NCBI GenBank assembly: GCA_964016885.1
Contig: OZ024740.1
Location: 100,440,001-100,504,000, forward strand
Length of the DNA: 64,000 nucleotides
From: Eledone cirrhosa
Taxonomy: Eukaryota
Reading direction: 5' to 3'
Shown piece by piece: positions 39,430 through 53,849 of this stretch (positions are counted from its first letter, which is position 1; every line of letters starts with the position of its first letter). Made by a program: the position numbers and the translations under genes. Under the pieces are notes generated by a model. The model ran no database searches. It was not told the DNA's origin and saw only the letters and a list, made by a program, of their open reading frames with translations.

Positions 39430-40110
39430 ATGATTGCTTAATGATTTATTTCTTGGAGTGGAACCCAGTGCATGAGCTGCTGATGGACAATGGCATTGCA
39501 TTTTTCTCAGTGATGTTGAAGGAAATGCTTGAAAAGTGGAATGTGTACCACTTCTTCAGTGCAGCATATAGACCAGGTGGGAATGGGATTGTGGAGAAAT
39601 ACCATCACATGGTCAAGTCCATGGCAGAGAGGGGACGTTTATCACCAATTGTGGCAGTGTTTTGTTATAATATGTCATCTCGTTCATAGATGTTTGCTTT
39701 GCATTATTCTGTTTTTTCACTTGGAAAGAACTGCTTTTCAGAGTTCAATGGTGGAGCTGTTGTGGTTGTGTGTTAGCCCGCATTCGCTCTGTGATATTTG
39801 AATATGAAATGGCAACCTCCATGTACAGTGTCACAGTGACTTGTTGAAGGTACCATATCCATAAATATGGACAAAGACTGAGTCAGGCTTCCAAATATGT
39901 ACTGTTTGTCTCGATGGAGGAAGGGAACAGTAACAGCCATAAATTCTTGAAACAACTTGTCTGTGGATGGAATGCCATGTAATGTCTTGGATGTCCACAG
40001 AATTGTAGATTTGTCAGACAACAACAAGGATGAGAGGATGTGAGCAGTGCCCCAGCTCTGCAGAGGTCACAGCGTGAGCATCAGGCACCTGGATGGATGG
40101 CAGGATTTTG
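39430..40110 (+). pseudogene. Degenerate Gypsy-type integrase fragment
   Basis: ELLMDNG..F...AYRPGGNGIVEKYH, later RWRKGTVT...LSVDGMP and LQRSQR...PGWMQDF, followed by a purine-rich tract. Confidence 0.78.
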
Positions 40111-40443
40111 CATTGAGTGGAGATGGGGGTGATCTTTGAGATCAGGCAGGGGCACATGGGGTTATACCTTTGCCGGAAGTATAAGGACCAGTGACATTAT
40201 GAGGATGGAGTCCCTTGCCAGAAGTAGCAGGACACTGTGGTATCATGGAACAGATGGCAGGAAGCAGCAGCATCATTGTTGGCATGTGGAGATATTTTCT
40301 GGTAATAAGATAGAGTTGGGCTGGGTGTTTAAGGTCCATGGATATATGGCATTCTGGAAAAGATCAACCAGTGAGATGTCCTGCAAAGGATGTGAACTAG
40401 GTTTTCTCCATTTGAACCACAAACATATTTACTATTATTATAT

Positions 40444-40625
40444 TGGCCGTATTGGTAGAGGGTCGGACACCATGCTTTCTAGCATAGTTACTCTCTTTTA
40501 CGGTCTGAGTTCAAATCCCGTTGAGGTTAACTTTGCCTTTCATCCTTACGGGGTCGATAAAATAAAGTACCAGTAATGCACTGGGATAATTGCTGGCCTT
40601 GTGCCAAAAGTAGAAACAATTATAT
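40444..40625 (+). mobile_element. Meta-like tRNA SINE
   Basis: Family match. Confidence 0.85.
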
Positions 40626-41949
40626 TATAACCATTACTACTGTTATAACAGTGTAGTTACTATTAATATAATATCATAGGTACTAGTGCTATAGAGTTAT
40701 ATTTATTACTACCATACTGTCATAGCTACTACTACCATATTGCCCAAGCTACTACTACTACTACTACTACTACTATAACAACACAGTAATTTGGATGAAG
40801 CCGTCATAGATATTATACCACTAAAATCTCATAGTTAATCTAGCTATAAAGAAAACATTTTCAATAGTTTATTTTATGAAATTTTAAAATATTATAGCTA
40901 TGAATTATGATCTATGGAATATGGATATTTAACCAAATCAATGGAAAAATAATTGTTTCTTTTATTAAACCTGTCCAAAATCAGAGGAAAATGGTTAACA
41001 GCTGAACTACTTTACTGTTTTAGATTGAATTTTCATGTTTTGTCTAGGGAGGTTGCTTATTTGTTAGATTAGTAGTTGTTCCCTTATTTTGTTATTGTCA
41101 TTGTTGCCTTTCCCAACTAAGAATAAACCAGGCCAGCCTATGATAAAAGATAGGAAAAGACATAACCATCCCTACTTTTGTTTTAGATATTATATATTTT
41201 GGGCTGCATTAAGTAGTGATAGTTCTAACACAGCATGATCCAGAATGCCAAGAAATGGCAGACAATATTCAGTATGGCACAATGTGTGTAACAAGGCTGG
41301 ACTTTTGATTTACATGTACAACTCATTTTTTCAGATCATTGATGGAAGAAACATGAAGTAAAGTATCTTACTGAAGAAAACAATGTGCCTCCAGTAATCT
41401 ATATCACAACCTTATGATTGTGAGTAGATCATCCAAACCACTAAGTCGCACACTTCACTACTCTATAATACATTATCTAAGAGGATAATAATTTAAGTTT
41501 AAATCAACCGCAGTACATTTCTGATAAGAAATTTAATTGAAAAAGAGTTGGCTAATATCTTTAGCATGACGAGCGACAATGCAGAGGCTCTCTTGTTAAA
41601 TTGCTTGTTAAAACAATTGTTTTTACAATCTCCTACTGGGGACCAGACAAAGTGGATAGTGTATATTTAGTCCACAGATACAACACAATATCAGTAAATT
41701 TTGAACATATGATGTCATTCTCAGTAGTACATATACTAGATGGAAAGTTCATTAACCTTTTTTAATATGAATCCATCTAAAACTAATCCAGATTCTATAA
41801 TATACATGTATTTCAAAAATGAATAGATACATGAGTGAATGACTATACAATAATTAGAAAAACACTACAAATATTTAAAAACGAAAAAGAAAGGGAAAGG
41901 CACGGGCTCTAGGGCGGGAGGGGGAAGGAGGAGGGTGATGAGCTTGGGC

Positions 41950-42075
41950 CTAGGCTGCGGCAGTATTGGGGCTGTGCCTTACAGTCAAGACTGCAAAAGC
42001 ATTTCCGCAGACAATGGACAGTGACACCCTCTACAACAGCTACCCCACCCCGCGGGGCTCCTTCCTCAAATGGGC
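41950..42075 (-). mobile_element. CRE-like LINE 3' fragment
   Basis: HLRKEPRGVG*LL*RVSLSIVCGNAFAVL. Confidence 0.62.
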
Positions 42076-42732
42076 TGTTAACATTTTTAGATATTCATAT
42101 TTATCTAAAAACTTTCCATCATCATTTTCTGTAAGAATCTTTGTTAAACTTTGTTCTAAACACCAATGTAGTAATTAGAAAGTTACTTATTTTACTAAAT
42201 CCATTTAAATTTTTCATTGTTTTCAAAATTAATTGAATATCATTGGCAGTGTTTTCATGAGAAGTATCGTAACAAAAGAGTTAAAGAAACTAAAATTAGA
42301 ATTAAATGTGAAAATTTTGAATTGCAATAAATTGGATTTTTATGGTGGGGGTAGGTATCTACTATGCAGTTGAAAAAGTGTCAGTAGGGAAGAGATGTTG
42401 TCAATGGAATGTTTATTGGATTGTAATTCTTTTACTGCTTCATTTTGCTGACAATGGAACCACAGAATCCAACTGCCATAGAGTCAACTGAACTAAACAC
42501 TCATAGCTTGTATTCATTAGAATACCATTGTTTTGGTAGCATTCTAAATATGACTGGAGAGCCTGCCTAACATGGTCTGATTGTTCTGGTTTTTGGCACT
42601 TGTTTATGTGTCATTTGAATTACTGAATGTTTTGTTGTTCTTTATCTGTGTACCCAAATCATGGTACACCCTTGTGGCCAATAAAAGAAATCATTATTAT
42701 TATTAGTTTAAAAATTAATAAAGAAAGGAAAT

Positions 42733-43123
<391 letters not shown>

Positions 43124-43329
43124 AACAAAACAATAGTGTTGTTCTGTATTGTTACTGCTATCTATTGTTGTGTATTAATGTGTCTGTATTGTTAATGTTT
43201 ATACACCCTTTTATTCTATCTAAATCATCCACTCTCTTTGTTTTCCTTTTATTTTGTATTTATGTTATCACCTTTGTATAATCCCTAACATCCTAGCCCC
43301 TTGTAGCTTATAAATAAATCAATATCATT

Positions 43330-44070
43330 AGGGTAGTGGATTGGCAGTATCAATAAGGCATTGGATAAAATGCTTTTTAGCATAGAGTTACATCCCTTTA
43401 CTTTATGAAATAAAATCCCACCAACCTTAGCTTTGCCTTTCATCCTAATGGGTTTGATAAAATATAGTACCTGTAATGCACTAGGGATCGATTTAATCAA
43501 CTTTCCTCTCCCCCAAAACTATTGGCCTTGTGCCTAAATCAGCCCATTATTATTAGGGTAGTAAAGGGCGGTGGATTTGCAGTATTAGTAGAGGGTCGGA
43601 TGTCATGCTTTGCAGCAAAGAGTTACGGCCCTTTATGGTCTGAGTTCAAATCCCGCCGAGGTTAACTTTGCCTTTCATCCTTACGAGGTCGATAAAATAA
43701 AGTACCAGTAATGCACTGAGATAATTGCCGTCCTTGTGCCAAAAGTATAAATAATTATTATTAGGGCAGTAGACGTTTGCTTTGCCTTTCATCCTTATAA
43801 AGTTGAGAATATAAAGTACCAATAACACACTGAGGTAGATTTAATTTATTTTCCCTTCCCTTAAAATTGGTGGCCTTCAGTCTAAATCAGAAACTATTAT
43901 TATTACATCCTTTTACATTCTGGATTCATACCCTGCCAAGGTTAACTTTGCCTTTCATACTTACAGGGTCGATAAAATAAAGTACCAGTAATGCATTGGT
44001 TCGATTTAATCATCTTTTCCCTTCCCTTCAAATAGCTGACCTTGTATCAAAAGTAGTAACAAATATTATT
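43330..44070 (+). mobile_element. Cluster of four head-to-tail Meta-like SINEs
   Basis: CTTTGCCTTTCAT core at ~43432, 43667, 43780 and 43947, separated by ATTATT. Confidence 0.85.
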
Positions 44071-44506
44071 ATGATCCGATTTTCATTGGTTTCATGTAAA
44101 TTTTTAATACCCCACAAGATGCTCCTCTATATTTTTGTAGAATGTGCAGCATTGTCATCTAAAGTATAGAATTGTGTTCTTTTACTACATCAGTTTTTGA
44201 TTTGTTAAAGTGTTTCCTTTTTACTGGTGTTAATTTAGTGTTGAAAAGGTGTGTGGCCTAGTGTTAAAGGTGTTATTCTCATGATCATAAATTTATGAGC
44301 TTCATTACTTGACAGAAGAATAATTTGTGTCCTTGAGCAAGGCACTTAATTTCACATTTCTCAAGTCTATTCAGCTAAAAATGAATGTTCGTGGTAGGTG
44401 GAGTTTATCTCTGTGATAGCATCTTGTTTCAGGGTAAATCTTGCATGTATATGCAGTCATTTAACACCCATGTAACCTGGATAAACTCTGAACTTTATCC
44501 AATCCT

Positions 44507-47488
44507 TCATCATCACCGTTTTACGTCTGTTCTTCCACGCTAGCATGGGTTGTCCTGTTGTGGGCAGTGTCCGGTCGGCTGACCTTGTCTTGCTCATACA
44601 GGAACTGATTCTGGCTTCATTTCTACAGCTGGATACCCTTCCTAACACCAACCTCATATACAGTGAGTGCTGGGTGCTTTTTTCCGTGGCGTTTACATGT
44701 CCACTTTACAGTGTGGGCTGGGTGCTTTATTGCCGTGGCACCTCCATGACCACTTTGCAGTGGGAGGTGTGGGGAATATTGTCTATATGCTTCAGCTTGT
44801 ACCCATGAGAGGTCGGGTACTCTGTATTACTGCGTGACGCCAGAGGTCACGGTTCTGTGTCATCACCTTTGAGAGGTGTAATTGGGTAAGGTCGGCTTTT
44901 ATCACCTCATCCCAGGTCTTCTTGGGTCTCCCCACTCCGCGGTTTCCATCAACTTCTAGTGCTCTGCACCTTTTTATGCAGCTGTCTTCCTTCATATGAT
45001 TCACATGTCCATACCAACACAACCGCCTCTCCTGCACACAGTGTTTGATTCCTCTTATGCTCAGTCTCTCTCTCAATTCATTTATGCTTTGCCGTTCCCG
45101 TATATTACTATTACACATCCATCTGAGCATGCAGGCTTCATTTCTCTCTAATCTACCTAAGTCTTCCACCTTCAGCGCCCAGGTCTCACTACCATGTAAC
45201 ATTGCTGTTCGTATACACGCATCATACAGTCTGCCTTTCATTTTGAAGGAAAAGCCTTTTGCCGTGGCAGTAGCACCCTGAACTTCTTCCATCCTGTTCT
45301 TACCCTAGTTATTGTACTTTCTGAACACCCACCTCCGCTGTTAATTCAGTCACCTCGGTAGCAGAAGCTGTCTACTGTTTCTACAGAGCCCTCCCAGAGA
45401 TTGGTGGTACTTGTTTCCTGTGGCTGTTTGCTGCTTGCTGACTCAGCACAGCTGCTACATGTGAAGCCTACATTCTTAATTAATTTTCCTGAGATCCCGC
45501 TACATCTCTTGTGTACCCATTGTTTGCATTTGGGGCAGAGAATGGAGTTCCTACCTACACCTTTCCTACATACTGAGCAAGGCCATTTCCTTGAGGGGAT
45601 CTGGGTTCTGTTTTCTCATCTACTTACAAGGACCTTAGTCTTTGTCAAGTTGACTTTGAGACCCTTTCTTTCTAGTCTCTGCGTCCAAGTTTGGAATTTC
45701 TTCTCTAGTTCTACCATAGATTCAGCTATAAGTGCGAGGTCATCTGCATACAGGAGTTCCTATGGGCATCCGGTCTTAAACTCCTCCGTTATTGCCTGCA
45801 GGACTATGATGAACAGGAGAGGGCTAAGAACAGAGCCCTGGTGGACCCCAACCTGTACGCTAACTTCCTCGCAATACTCATTGCTAATCCTAACTTTTCT
45901 GACTACTCCCCTATACATGGCTTGTACAGCTTTCACAAGCCATTCATCTACTCCTAGTTTCTAAGAGCCCACCAGATTATAGCACATGAAACTCTGTCAA
46001 AGGCTTTCTCGAGATCGATGAATGCCAGGTAGAGTATCTTACTTTAAGCTAGGTACTTTACTTGTAACTGCCTCACAAGGAAGAGGGCATCAGTGGTGCC
46101 ACTTCCTGGTACAAACCCGAATTGCACCTCATATAGTTTCACCCGGTCCCTAATCAACTGTGCTATAACTCTTTCTGTTACTTTCATGACCTTGTCCATC
46201 AGTTTTATACCTCTATAGATTCCTCTATCTAGTGCATCACCTTTACCTTTGTAGCAGTTGACAATGATGCTACTGCACGAATCTTTTGGTATGACACCTT
46301 CTAGTATTACCTGGTTAACAATAGTGTGGTTATAGTGTGACCTAGCGACCCAGATGCCTTCAGCATCTCGACAGCTATACCTGATGGACTGGTTGCCTTC
46401 CCCATCTTCATATCTTTGATTGTCTTACTTACTACGCTGCTGCTGACTTGTACTGCTGGCCCCTCTATAGGGTCTATTTGGGGTAGGGTCTCTTCTTCCT
46501 TGCATTCTCCTCATTTAGTAATCTATCATAATGGCTCTTCAATGCATCTTTCTTCTCAGCACTTGTAAGGGCAAGCTCACCTTTATTATTCCAGATACAC
46601 CTCTCTCCAATGACATCACAATTCTCTCTGACACACTGCCTCACAATCTTGAACACCTCTAGTAAGTTATTTTTTAGGAATTCCCAGTATTCTTCTACAT
46701 TGAATGTCTCTATCTGTTCTTCTTTACTGTCATAGGCGTTGAGTAAAATATCTTTAAAACTGTTACTGGCTGAGGGGTCTTTCAGCTTCCAGATCTCTCT
46801 TCTCCAGGTTGGCCTCTGTTTCCAGGTTCGTCTACTTCTGACTGTGAGGTCGCTGACAACTAAGCTATGTTGGGAGGTACATTCCTCACTAGGGAAGGCT
46901 TTTGTGTTTACGACCATCCATCTGTCACGTCCTCTGATGAGGATAAAATCTATCTGATTAGAATGCTCCCCTGATCTATAGGTGATCAGGTGGTTGTCGG
47001 GTTTTTTGAAGTCCGTGTTACATATCGACATGTCATTGGCGTCGCAGAATTCTAGAACCCTGAATCCTTCTTCATTTCTTGTGCCAACCCCATAGCCTCG
47101 ATGGACTATATTGAAGCCGTCACAGTGTTTACCTACGTGTCCGTTAAAATCTCCTGCAATGATTGGGAAGTCATTGTCGTTTGTTAGAGCAGTAGTGTGC
47201 ATTATGGACTCATAAAACCTATCCTTAAGTTCGTCTGGCAACCCCGATTGGGGTGCGTAAGCTGATATTATTGTGGTAATTGTTTTATTCAGGACTAGTC
47301 TGAGTTTAATGATTCTTGCATTCACCCTGTTCATTGAGATTACTTTATGTACCCACTTGTCAGCTAGTAGGATACCTACACCACCCATCCCATCGTCATT
47401 TACCACCCAGAAAAATTTGTAGCACTGACTTTTTCCTACAAGCACTCTAGCAGACTCTCCTCTCCATCTAATCTCTTGCACACAGGGC
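44507..47488 (-). mobile_element. RTE-clade LINE copy 4, degenerate, with internal deletion
   Basis: Endonuclease ORF 46474-47490 (CVQEIRW, AGDFNGHVG), RT (LLYADDL), C-terminus and 3'UTR. Confidence 0.94.
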
Positions 47489-47519
47489 AAGCATGAAAAT
47501 CATCATTATCATGATCATC

Positions 47520-47825
47520 ATTGTTTTTAGACCCATTTTTCTATGCTCGCATAGGTTGGATGAGTCCTTTTCAGTACAGCGTCTCTCTACTCAGTGTTCC
47601 TTTTCATCTCCCCTGTGAGAATCAGTGATTTCCTTGCACTTATTCACCCATCGTTCATCAACCATGTGCATCACATGTCCATAGTAACATAGTCTTCTCT
47701 CTTGCACACAACTTCGGATTCCTCTTAAATCCAGTTTCTCCCTCAGTTCATCTAAACTCTGCCTTTCTTTCACATTTATATTGCGCATCCAAAGAACCAT
47801 GGTTGCTTCATTTTTCTCCAGCCTA
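47520..47825 (-). mobile_element. RTE 3' fragment
   Basis: RLEKNE...VQERRLCYYGHV motif plus 3' terminus. Confidence 0.8.
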
Positions 47826-47949
47826 TGCAAATGTAAAATGATAAGGCATTTTAGTATTTTGCATTGCATGTGTGCAATGTGAGTCGAGTTATTTGATCAC
47901 AGGCCTAGAGAATCAGCAAATCTGGGGCTAAATATTCCCAACAAAAATA

Positions 47950-48350
47950 ATTGTTTCTATTTTTGGCACAAGGCCAGCAATTACCCAATACAATACTGGT
48001 ACTTTATTCTATCAACCCCATAAGGATGAAAGGCAAAGTTAGCCTCGGCGGGATTTGAACTCAGATCATAAAGGGACGTAACTCTATGCTTCAAAGAATG
48101 GTGTCCGACTCTCTACCGACAAAATTCCCAACAAAAATAATGGTTTCTGATATAGGGACAAGGTCAACAAATTTGTGAGGACAAGTTGAATAAATCGACA
48201 CCAGTTCAATACTGGCACTTTATTTTATCAACCCCAAAAGGATGAAAGGCAAAGCTAACCTCAGCAGGATTTGAACACAGAACGTAAAGAGCCGTAACTC
48301 TATGCCATAACGTAAAGTGTCCGATGATCTAATGATACTGCCAACCCACA
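47950..48350 (-). mobile_element. Two stacked Meta-like SINEs
   Basis: ATTCCCAACAAAAATAAT is duplicated at ~47934 and ~48124. Confidence 0.85.
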
Positions 48351-50062
48351 AGCTAAAGAGACTAATGAGACACTGATCCTTTTCAGCAGTTTAGTAACTA
48401 TCTGCTGTGGATACATCCTGGTTGTTTGCATCATAATCGAAATGCTTTTGCAGTTTTGTTGGCAGGGCACAGCCAAAGCTGCCCTTCTTTACCCCTTCCC
48501 TCCACTATTTGTTGCTTGATTATTTTTTATGTTTTTTTTTCATATTTTTATCAATATTTGTAATGTTATTTATACAACTGTAAATATGTTGGTTTATAAT
48601 ACATTTTTATGTATCCGAATAAAAGCCAGTCATACTTATTTTTTTAATCATAAAGTTCCTTGACTTTCATTTTTGGCAAGTGTCATTTACCATAGTTTGG
48701 GGGTGAATGCAGTCTTGTGAGTTGCATTGGGTAGATGGAAACTGTTTGGAAGTCAACCAACTTTGTTGCACACTATCATGTTAAATCTTTCTGTGAATTA
48801 TGTTTGGTTACATGTGACTGTGGAATGCTCAGGCACTGTTGCAGTAATCTGAGTAAGCCATCCCAATGTTCAAACAACTGTAACAGTCGTAATCTAAGAA
48901 CATAGCACCATAGAAGGCATATGTATTATATAGCAATCAAGAGTAAACCTATTTAACCCATCATTTATGATACTTTTAATGAAATATTTTTCATTTTATT
49001 TAATTAATGAAGAATTTGGAAAGGATTACCAAAATTATAATTTCATTAAGATGGTATTACTAATATAACAAATGTTCTGATATAAAATTATAATGAAAAG
49101 TTTGTATTTAAGAAGGAGCCCTGTAAAATAGGTGGTTTTATATTATAGAAATGGAGACAGTTTTCGACAGAATAGTATCAATTCACTACTACAATGGACT
49201 CCTACAAAAATTAAGAAAAACTAAGCAAATTGATGAATTGAAAAGAGAACATGGTCAGTTCCTGTTTTACCTTACACTTTTAAGCAGTCTATCATTTTCT
49301 TATATTTTCATATCTGTTTATATATTCAAAGCTCTGGAAGATGGAGGATGGGTGAGCTATGGTGGAGAAGATAAGGTTGTGTGATGCTATCATACAATTT
49401 GATATGAAATATTTAAAATTTTGACAAATAACAAATTTACTAAGTGATACAAATAATAAAAAAAAATACGGATCTACTGTTTGCAAGTTAATCATAATTT
49501 TTCAACTGCATTTTTCAATTGATGTAAAGTGGAAGATATCTGGAGGAAGTTTTAGAAAAAGTTTGAGGAGGGTGAACATAACAGTAAGGCTGGAAGAAGA
49601 GAGTGTAACATTATATGACTGGCCTAGTGAGCTGAATATTCTGGCATTGGTCCCGATTATATCTCAAAATGTTATCTATTATAATGAAGTTATTGTCTTA
49701 CAACTACTTTTATATGCTTGCATGGGTTGGGTTAAGCCCAGAGCTTATGAGAGTCCTATAAGCATTAATGGATTTTGAGCATAAGATGGGACACCAATGT
49801 GTCACAGGTTCAATCCCCAGCTGCCACTGGTACTCATTTTCAGCTGAGTTAAACAGGAGCAAAATGAAAGGAAGTGCGATTTTCAAAGACACAACAAATC
49901 ACTTAGTATGGGAATCAATTTTGGACCCCATATAATTGTGAGCCCTTCACCAGGACACACACATTCTCTATAATTAAGGAAAGTTTTCAAATTTGGATAG
50001 GTATATAGCAAAGCCTTTCTGCAAAATTGAATTATTGTTAAATTTGTTGTTTACTTAATAAT

Positions 50063-50130
50063 TGTTTCTACTTTAGGCACAAGGCCAGCAATTACCCAGT
50101 GCATTACTGGTACTTTATTTACTGGGTAAT
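50063..50130 (-). mobile_element. 5'-truncated Meta-like SINE with 20-bp TSD
   Basis: TTTGTTGTTTACTTAATAAT at 50043-50062 and 50131-50150. Confidence 0.88.
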
Positions 50131-50229
50131 TTTGTTGTTTACTTAATAATGCTTGCCTACTCAGGCAAATATGAAAAAATTCAGGATTGTCATTTGTTGG
50201 AGCACCATTCATTTAAACAAAATGAACCT

Positions 50230-50500
50230 CATCATAGTGATTATCATCATCACCATCACCAACACCATCATCATCATCATCACCAACACCACCACCACCA
50301 TCATCGTTATTATCATCATCACAATCACCACCACCATCCTCATCATCATCGTTCTTGTCAGCATTATTGTGGTCAACATCCTTAGTAACGTAATCATCAT
50401 CATCATCATTACCTTCCTTCTCACCAGCCCTTCAATATCATTAGCATTTCTATCATTATATTTCTATATCTACATACAAACACACAACCCCCGCTCCCCA

Positions 50501-50550
<50 letters not shown>

Positions 50551-51210
50551 CCTTTCTTTCTTTCATGCAAAGCTAGCCAGATTGCTTAACCAACAAACTC
50601 CTTGACGTTGCTTCTGCATCTTCCCAACCCTGCTCCTCTTTACATTACCAAATCATTCCTTCCCCCCTCCCCCACTCTATATCTCCTCTACTCCACCCTT
50701 CACACAACTGCTAGTTTAGACATAATAACATTGTTATTTCATTATTATTTACACTAAATTAGATAGGATTAATTGGAGAGAAAAGCAAGATAGTCAAGTT
50801 ATTCCTCTTGAGCTGTCAATGTACATTTGTCCATTTGTAGTCCCTTGTGCATGTGTGTGTGTGTATGTGTGTGTGTCTCTGTGTGCATGTGTTTGTATGT
50901 GTATGCATACGAACATATATGTGTGTATGCATGCAGGAATGTATGTGAAAGTTTGTGCCTGTGTGTGTGTAGATGTGTATCTGCGCATGCATATATATGT
51001 GCCTGTGTTTATGTATGTGTATATGTATGTGTGCCTGCAGAAGTGTATGTTTGTGTAGATGTATGCCTGTGCATGCTTATATGTATGTGTTCATGTATGT
51101 GTATATGTGCATACATGAGTGTATATGTGTGTGTGTGCCTGCAGAAGTGTATGTGTGCCGGTGCATGCATGAATGGGAGTATATGTACATATGTGCTTGC
51201 GTGTGTGTGT
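50230..51210. repeat. (CAT/CAC)n, (TA)n and (GT/AT)n low-complexity tracts
   Basis: Direct reading. Confidence 0.9.
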
Positions 51211-51756
51211 TTTTCTATATCCAACCCATCACATATAGTTGTTTCCTTCTAAAACCTCCTGTTTTCAGAATAAATTAAATATATATGAATAAATAAATAA
51301 ATAAATATGATCCATAAAAAAGTAAAATAAATATACAAATAAAACCTTCAATAAAGAAAATAAACCCACTAGTATTAATTATTAGTATATATCTTGGTTG
51401 TTATAGTCACAAGGTTTCCTTTCTTGTACTCTTTGGCTTTTTCCAAGCCCCACTCATATTCAACAATTTTTTTTAAATTTGAACTAAGCCTTTATTCAAA
51501 CTACCATGGGTAGATTGTAGTCATTTCAAGTTTTATGCTCACTATACCCTCATTTTAATAACGAACTAGCACTCCATCATTTACAGCGATGAGTGTGTAG
51601 ATACCTACATCCCGCGGGCTCATATACATTCTCTGTGCATTGTTTGGCTCAGTGCAACCAATCACCGCCAGCGGAGGAGAATGTATCTCTACCCGCCCTG
51701 CAGGAGAAATTCCCGCTTCAGCTCAAAAAATCTCTCTCATGCAGCTTTGACCGTGG

Positions 51757-51965
51757 AAAGGTAAACAACTATTTTTCTTTCGCCGTGAAATCACTAGCCA
51801 ATATGTAACACAACAATTTAACCACGGGCCTGGCAAACACTTCAGCCAGTAGACCGTGCCTTCTGAAATCTTAATTTGTTTGTTTCATTTGTTTTGGCAT
51901 GCCAGCTCTATTCAGTTCAATCTTTGTTAATAAATTACATAAAAACATCCTAAAGTCTTGTGATG
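51757..51965 (-). repeat. Diverged copy of the internal part of the 15277 element
   Basis: Minus strand AGGCACGGTCTACTGGC...TTGGCTAGTGATTTCACG.CGAAAGAAA..TAGTTGTTTA matches ~15538-15640. Confidence 0.8.
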
Positions 51966-52169
51966 TTATTAACACACCTTTCCAGTTACAACGAATACAA
52001 CATCATGATACGTCTACTCTTATATCCATCTGCTAAATTGTATGAACATTCTACAAACAAAGAAAATCAGCCTTTCATGTTGTTTCTAAAAACACTAAAG
52101 TAAAAATACATGTATAATACTAAATCTATTAAAAGTGTTCCAGTTGATATGATCAATGGGACAGCTTCA

Positions 52170-52430
52170 TCATGAAATTAACATACAAGTGGCTGAGGAT
52201 TCCAAAGAAATGTGCACCCTTAACATAGTTCTTAGGGAAATTCAGCGTGACAAAGAATTTGACATGGCTGGACCTTCAAATTGCAGGCACAACTCCTTTT
52301 TTATAGCTGAGTGGACTGGAACAATGTGAAATAAAGTGTCTTGCCCAAGGATACAATGTGCCACCAGGAATCGAACTCATGGCCTCACAATTGTGAGCCA
52401 AATGCCCTAACCACAAAGTCATGCACCTTC
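52170..52430 (-). mobile_element. tRNA/CORE-like SINE
   Basis: AAAGTGTCTTGCCCAAGG...GAATCGAACTC...CTAACCAC. Related degenerate copies at ~37550, ~41280, ~44245 and ~49800. Confidence 0.75.
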
Positions 52431-52779
52431 AAATTAATAATTACTTACTTGCTTGTTCTGCTTAAAATAGAGTATATAAGGATATACTAAACTTGTGATT
52501 GAACTTCTGGTTGGCTAGTAGACCAGTGTAATTAATACTTTAACAATGATGATATTCACTAGACTGTATGATGGAAATCAGGAGTTTTAAGCCTAACAGT
52601 TTTTATCGTATTGGGCTTGAAGCTCTTTCTTTCATAACTTTTAGCATTCTGTAACACAGGAAATCACATTAACAGGACATTCTAGAAATGTATAAAACAC
52701 TGACTACATCACATTTAAAATTAATGTCTTTACTCTACTAGTACATATTTTCACAACGATTTCTCTAGTAGTAAAGGCG

Positions 52780-52902
52780 CTATAAACATTTGAATTACTA
52801 AACCTGTTTTTAGATATTTACTATAAACATTTAATTAACAAACCTGTTTTTTTAAAATTTACTATAAACGTTTGATTTAAGAAAAGCATTTTTAGATATT
52901 TT
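52780..52902. repeat. ~41-bp minisatellite, three degenerate units
   Basis: CTATAAACATTT...TTTTTAGATATTT repeated three times. Confidence 0.7.
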
Positions 52903-53849
52903 CTGCCAAATCATCACAGGATGTTAAGAGTTAATTAAAGGCTTCCATGTGGGTTCATATCTACTGAGGAGGATGTAAAGCTAGACAAACATTGTAAAGT
53001 CTTAATCTAGGGAGCAGTAGTGAAATCAGGCATGGTTGATCAACTGTGGTGAGAAACGTTTAGTCCTCAAACTTTGTGGAACAAAGCCATATTAACAGAG
53101 AAAAAATATACTCATCATCCTCATCATGTTATGCCCAATTTCCATGCTATTATGGGATGGAAGTGTTATGATGATCTGAGACTAGACAAATTGAAATAAC
53201 CTCATCTTGCTTATAGATTTCTATATGGGTGTTGAAAACGATCAACTAGCCACTCTCTTCTTGAGAACATTGAACAAAGGACTAATGGATCAACCATGCA
53301 TGTTTGAGATATGCTTAGAGCAATGAAACCATCCTGTATAAATTCTTCTTGTGTACACGCATTACTGACTTATGGAGCTATGTCAATCAGCTGCTGCCAT
53401 ATGTATGGCAGATTTGGCTATTGCCTTAATCGATTATGAAAATAGCTCTGCCATCTTCCTCATATTTAGAAAGGCAAGCAGTGTGTATTTGCTTGGTGAC
53501 CATGTGAAAAAGGCTGAAAGTGTTGAGGACAGGCACTTTCCTCTTTGGAGAAGCCCTGATATACCTTTCCAAATTTCACTTAAAGAAAAAAATCAGAGTG
53601 GAGACAGAAATGCTGCCTTCAATAATTTAGATCATACACCATTGACAGTATGTGACTGTAAGCCACAAATAAAAATTAGAACTTTTTGCATTTAAGATTG
53701 ACTCTAGCTTCATAAGTGATATAGTTTTTACGTTATTATTTATCCAATTTTATCAAATATTGCACAATGACAAATACTCACCAAAAATGCCTTACAGTTG
53801 TTGTACAGTCTGGTAAAAACTTACATCTAGGAGGACTGGTCCATAGTTG

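Noticed and set aside
51590-51870. Possible promoter or first exon (CpGs, CCAAT boxes, AAG|GTAAAC)
   Set aside because: Much of it is homologous to the repeat at 15435-15640.
53372-53695. 107-aa ORF
   Set aside because: No recognisable domain on either strand.
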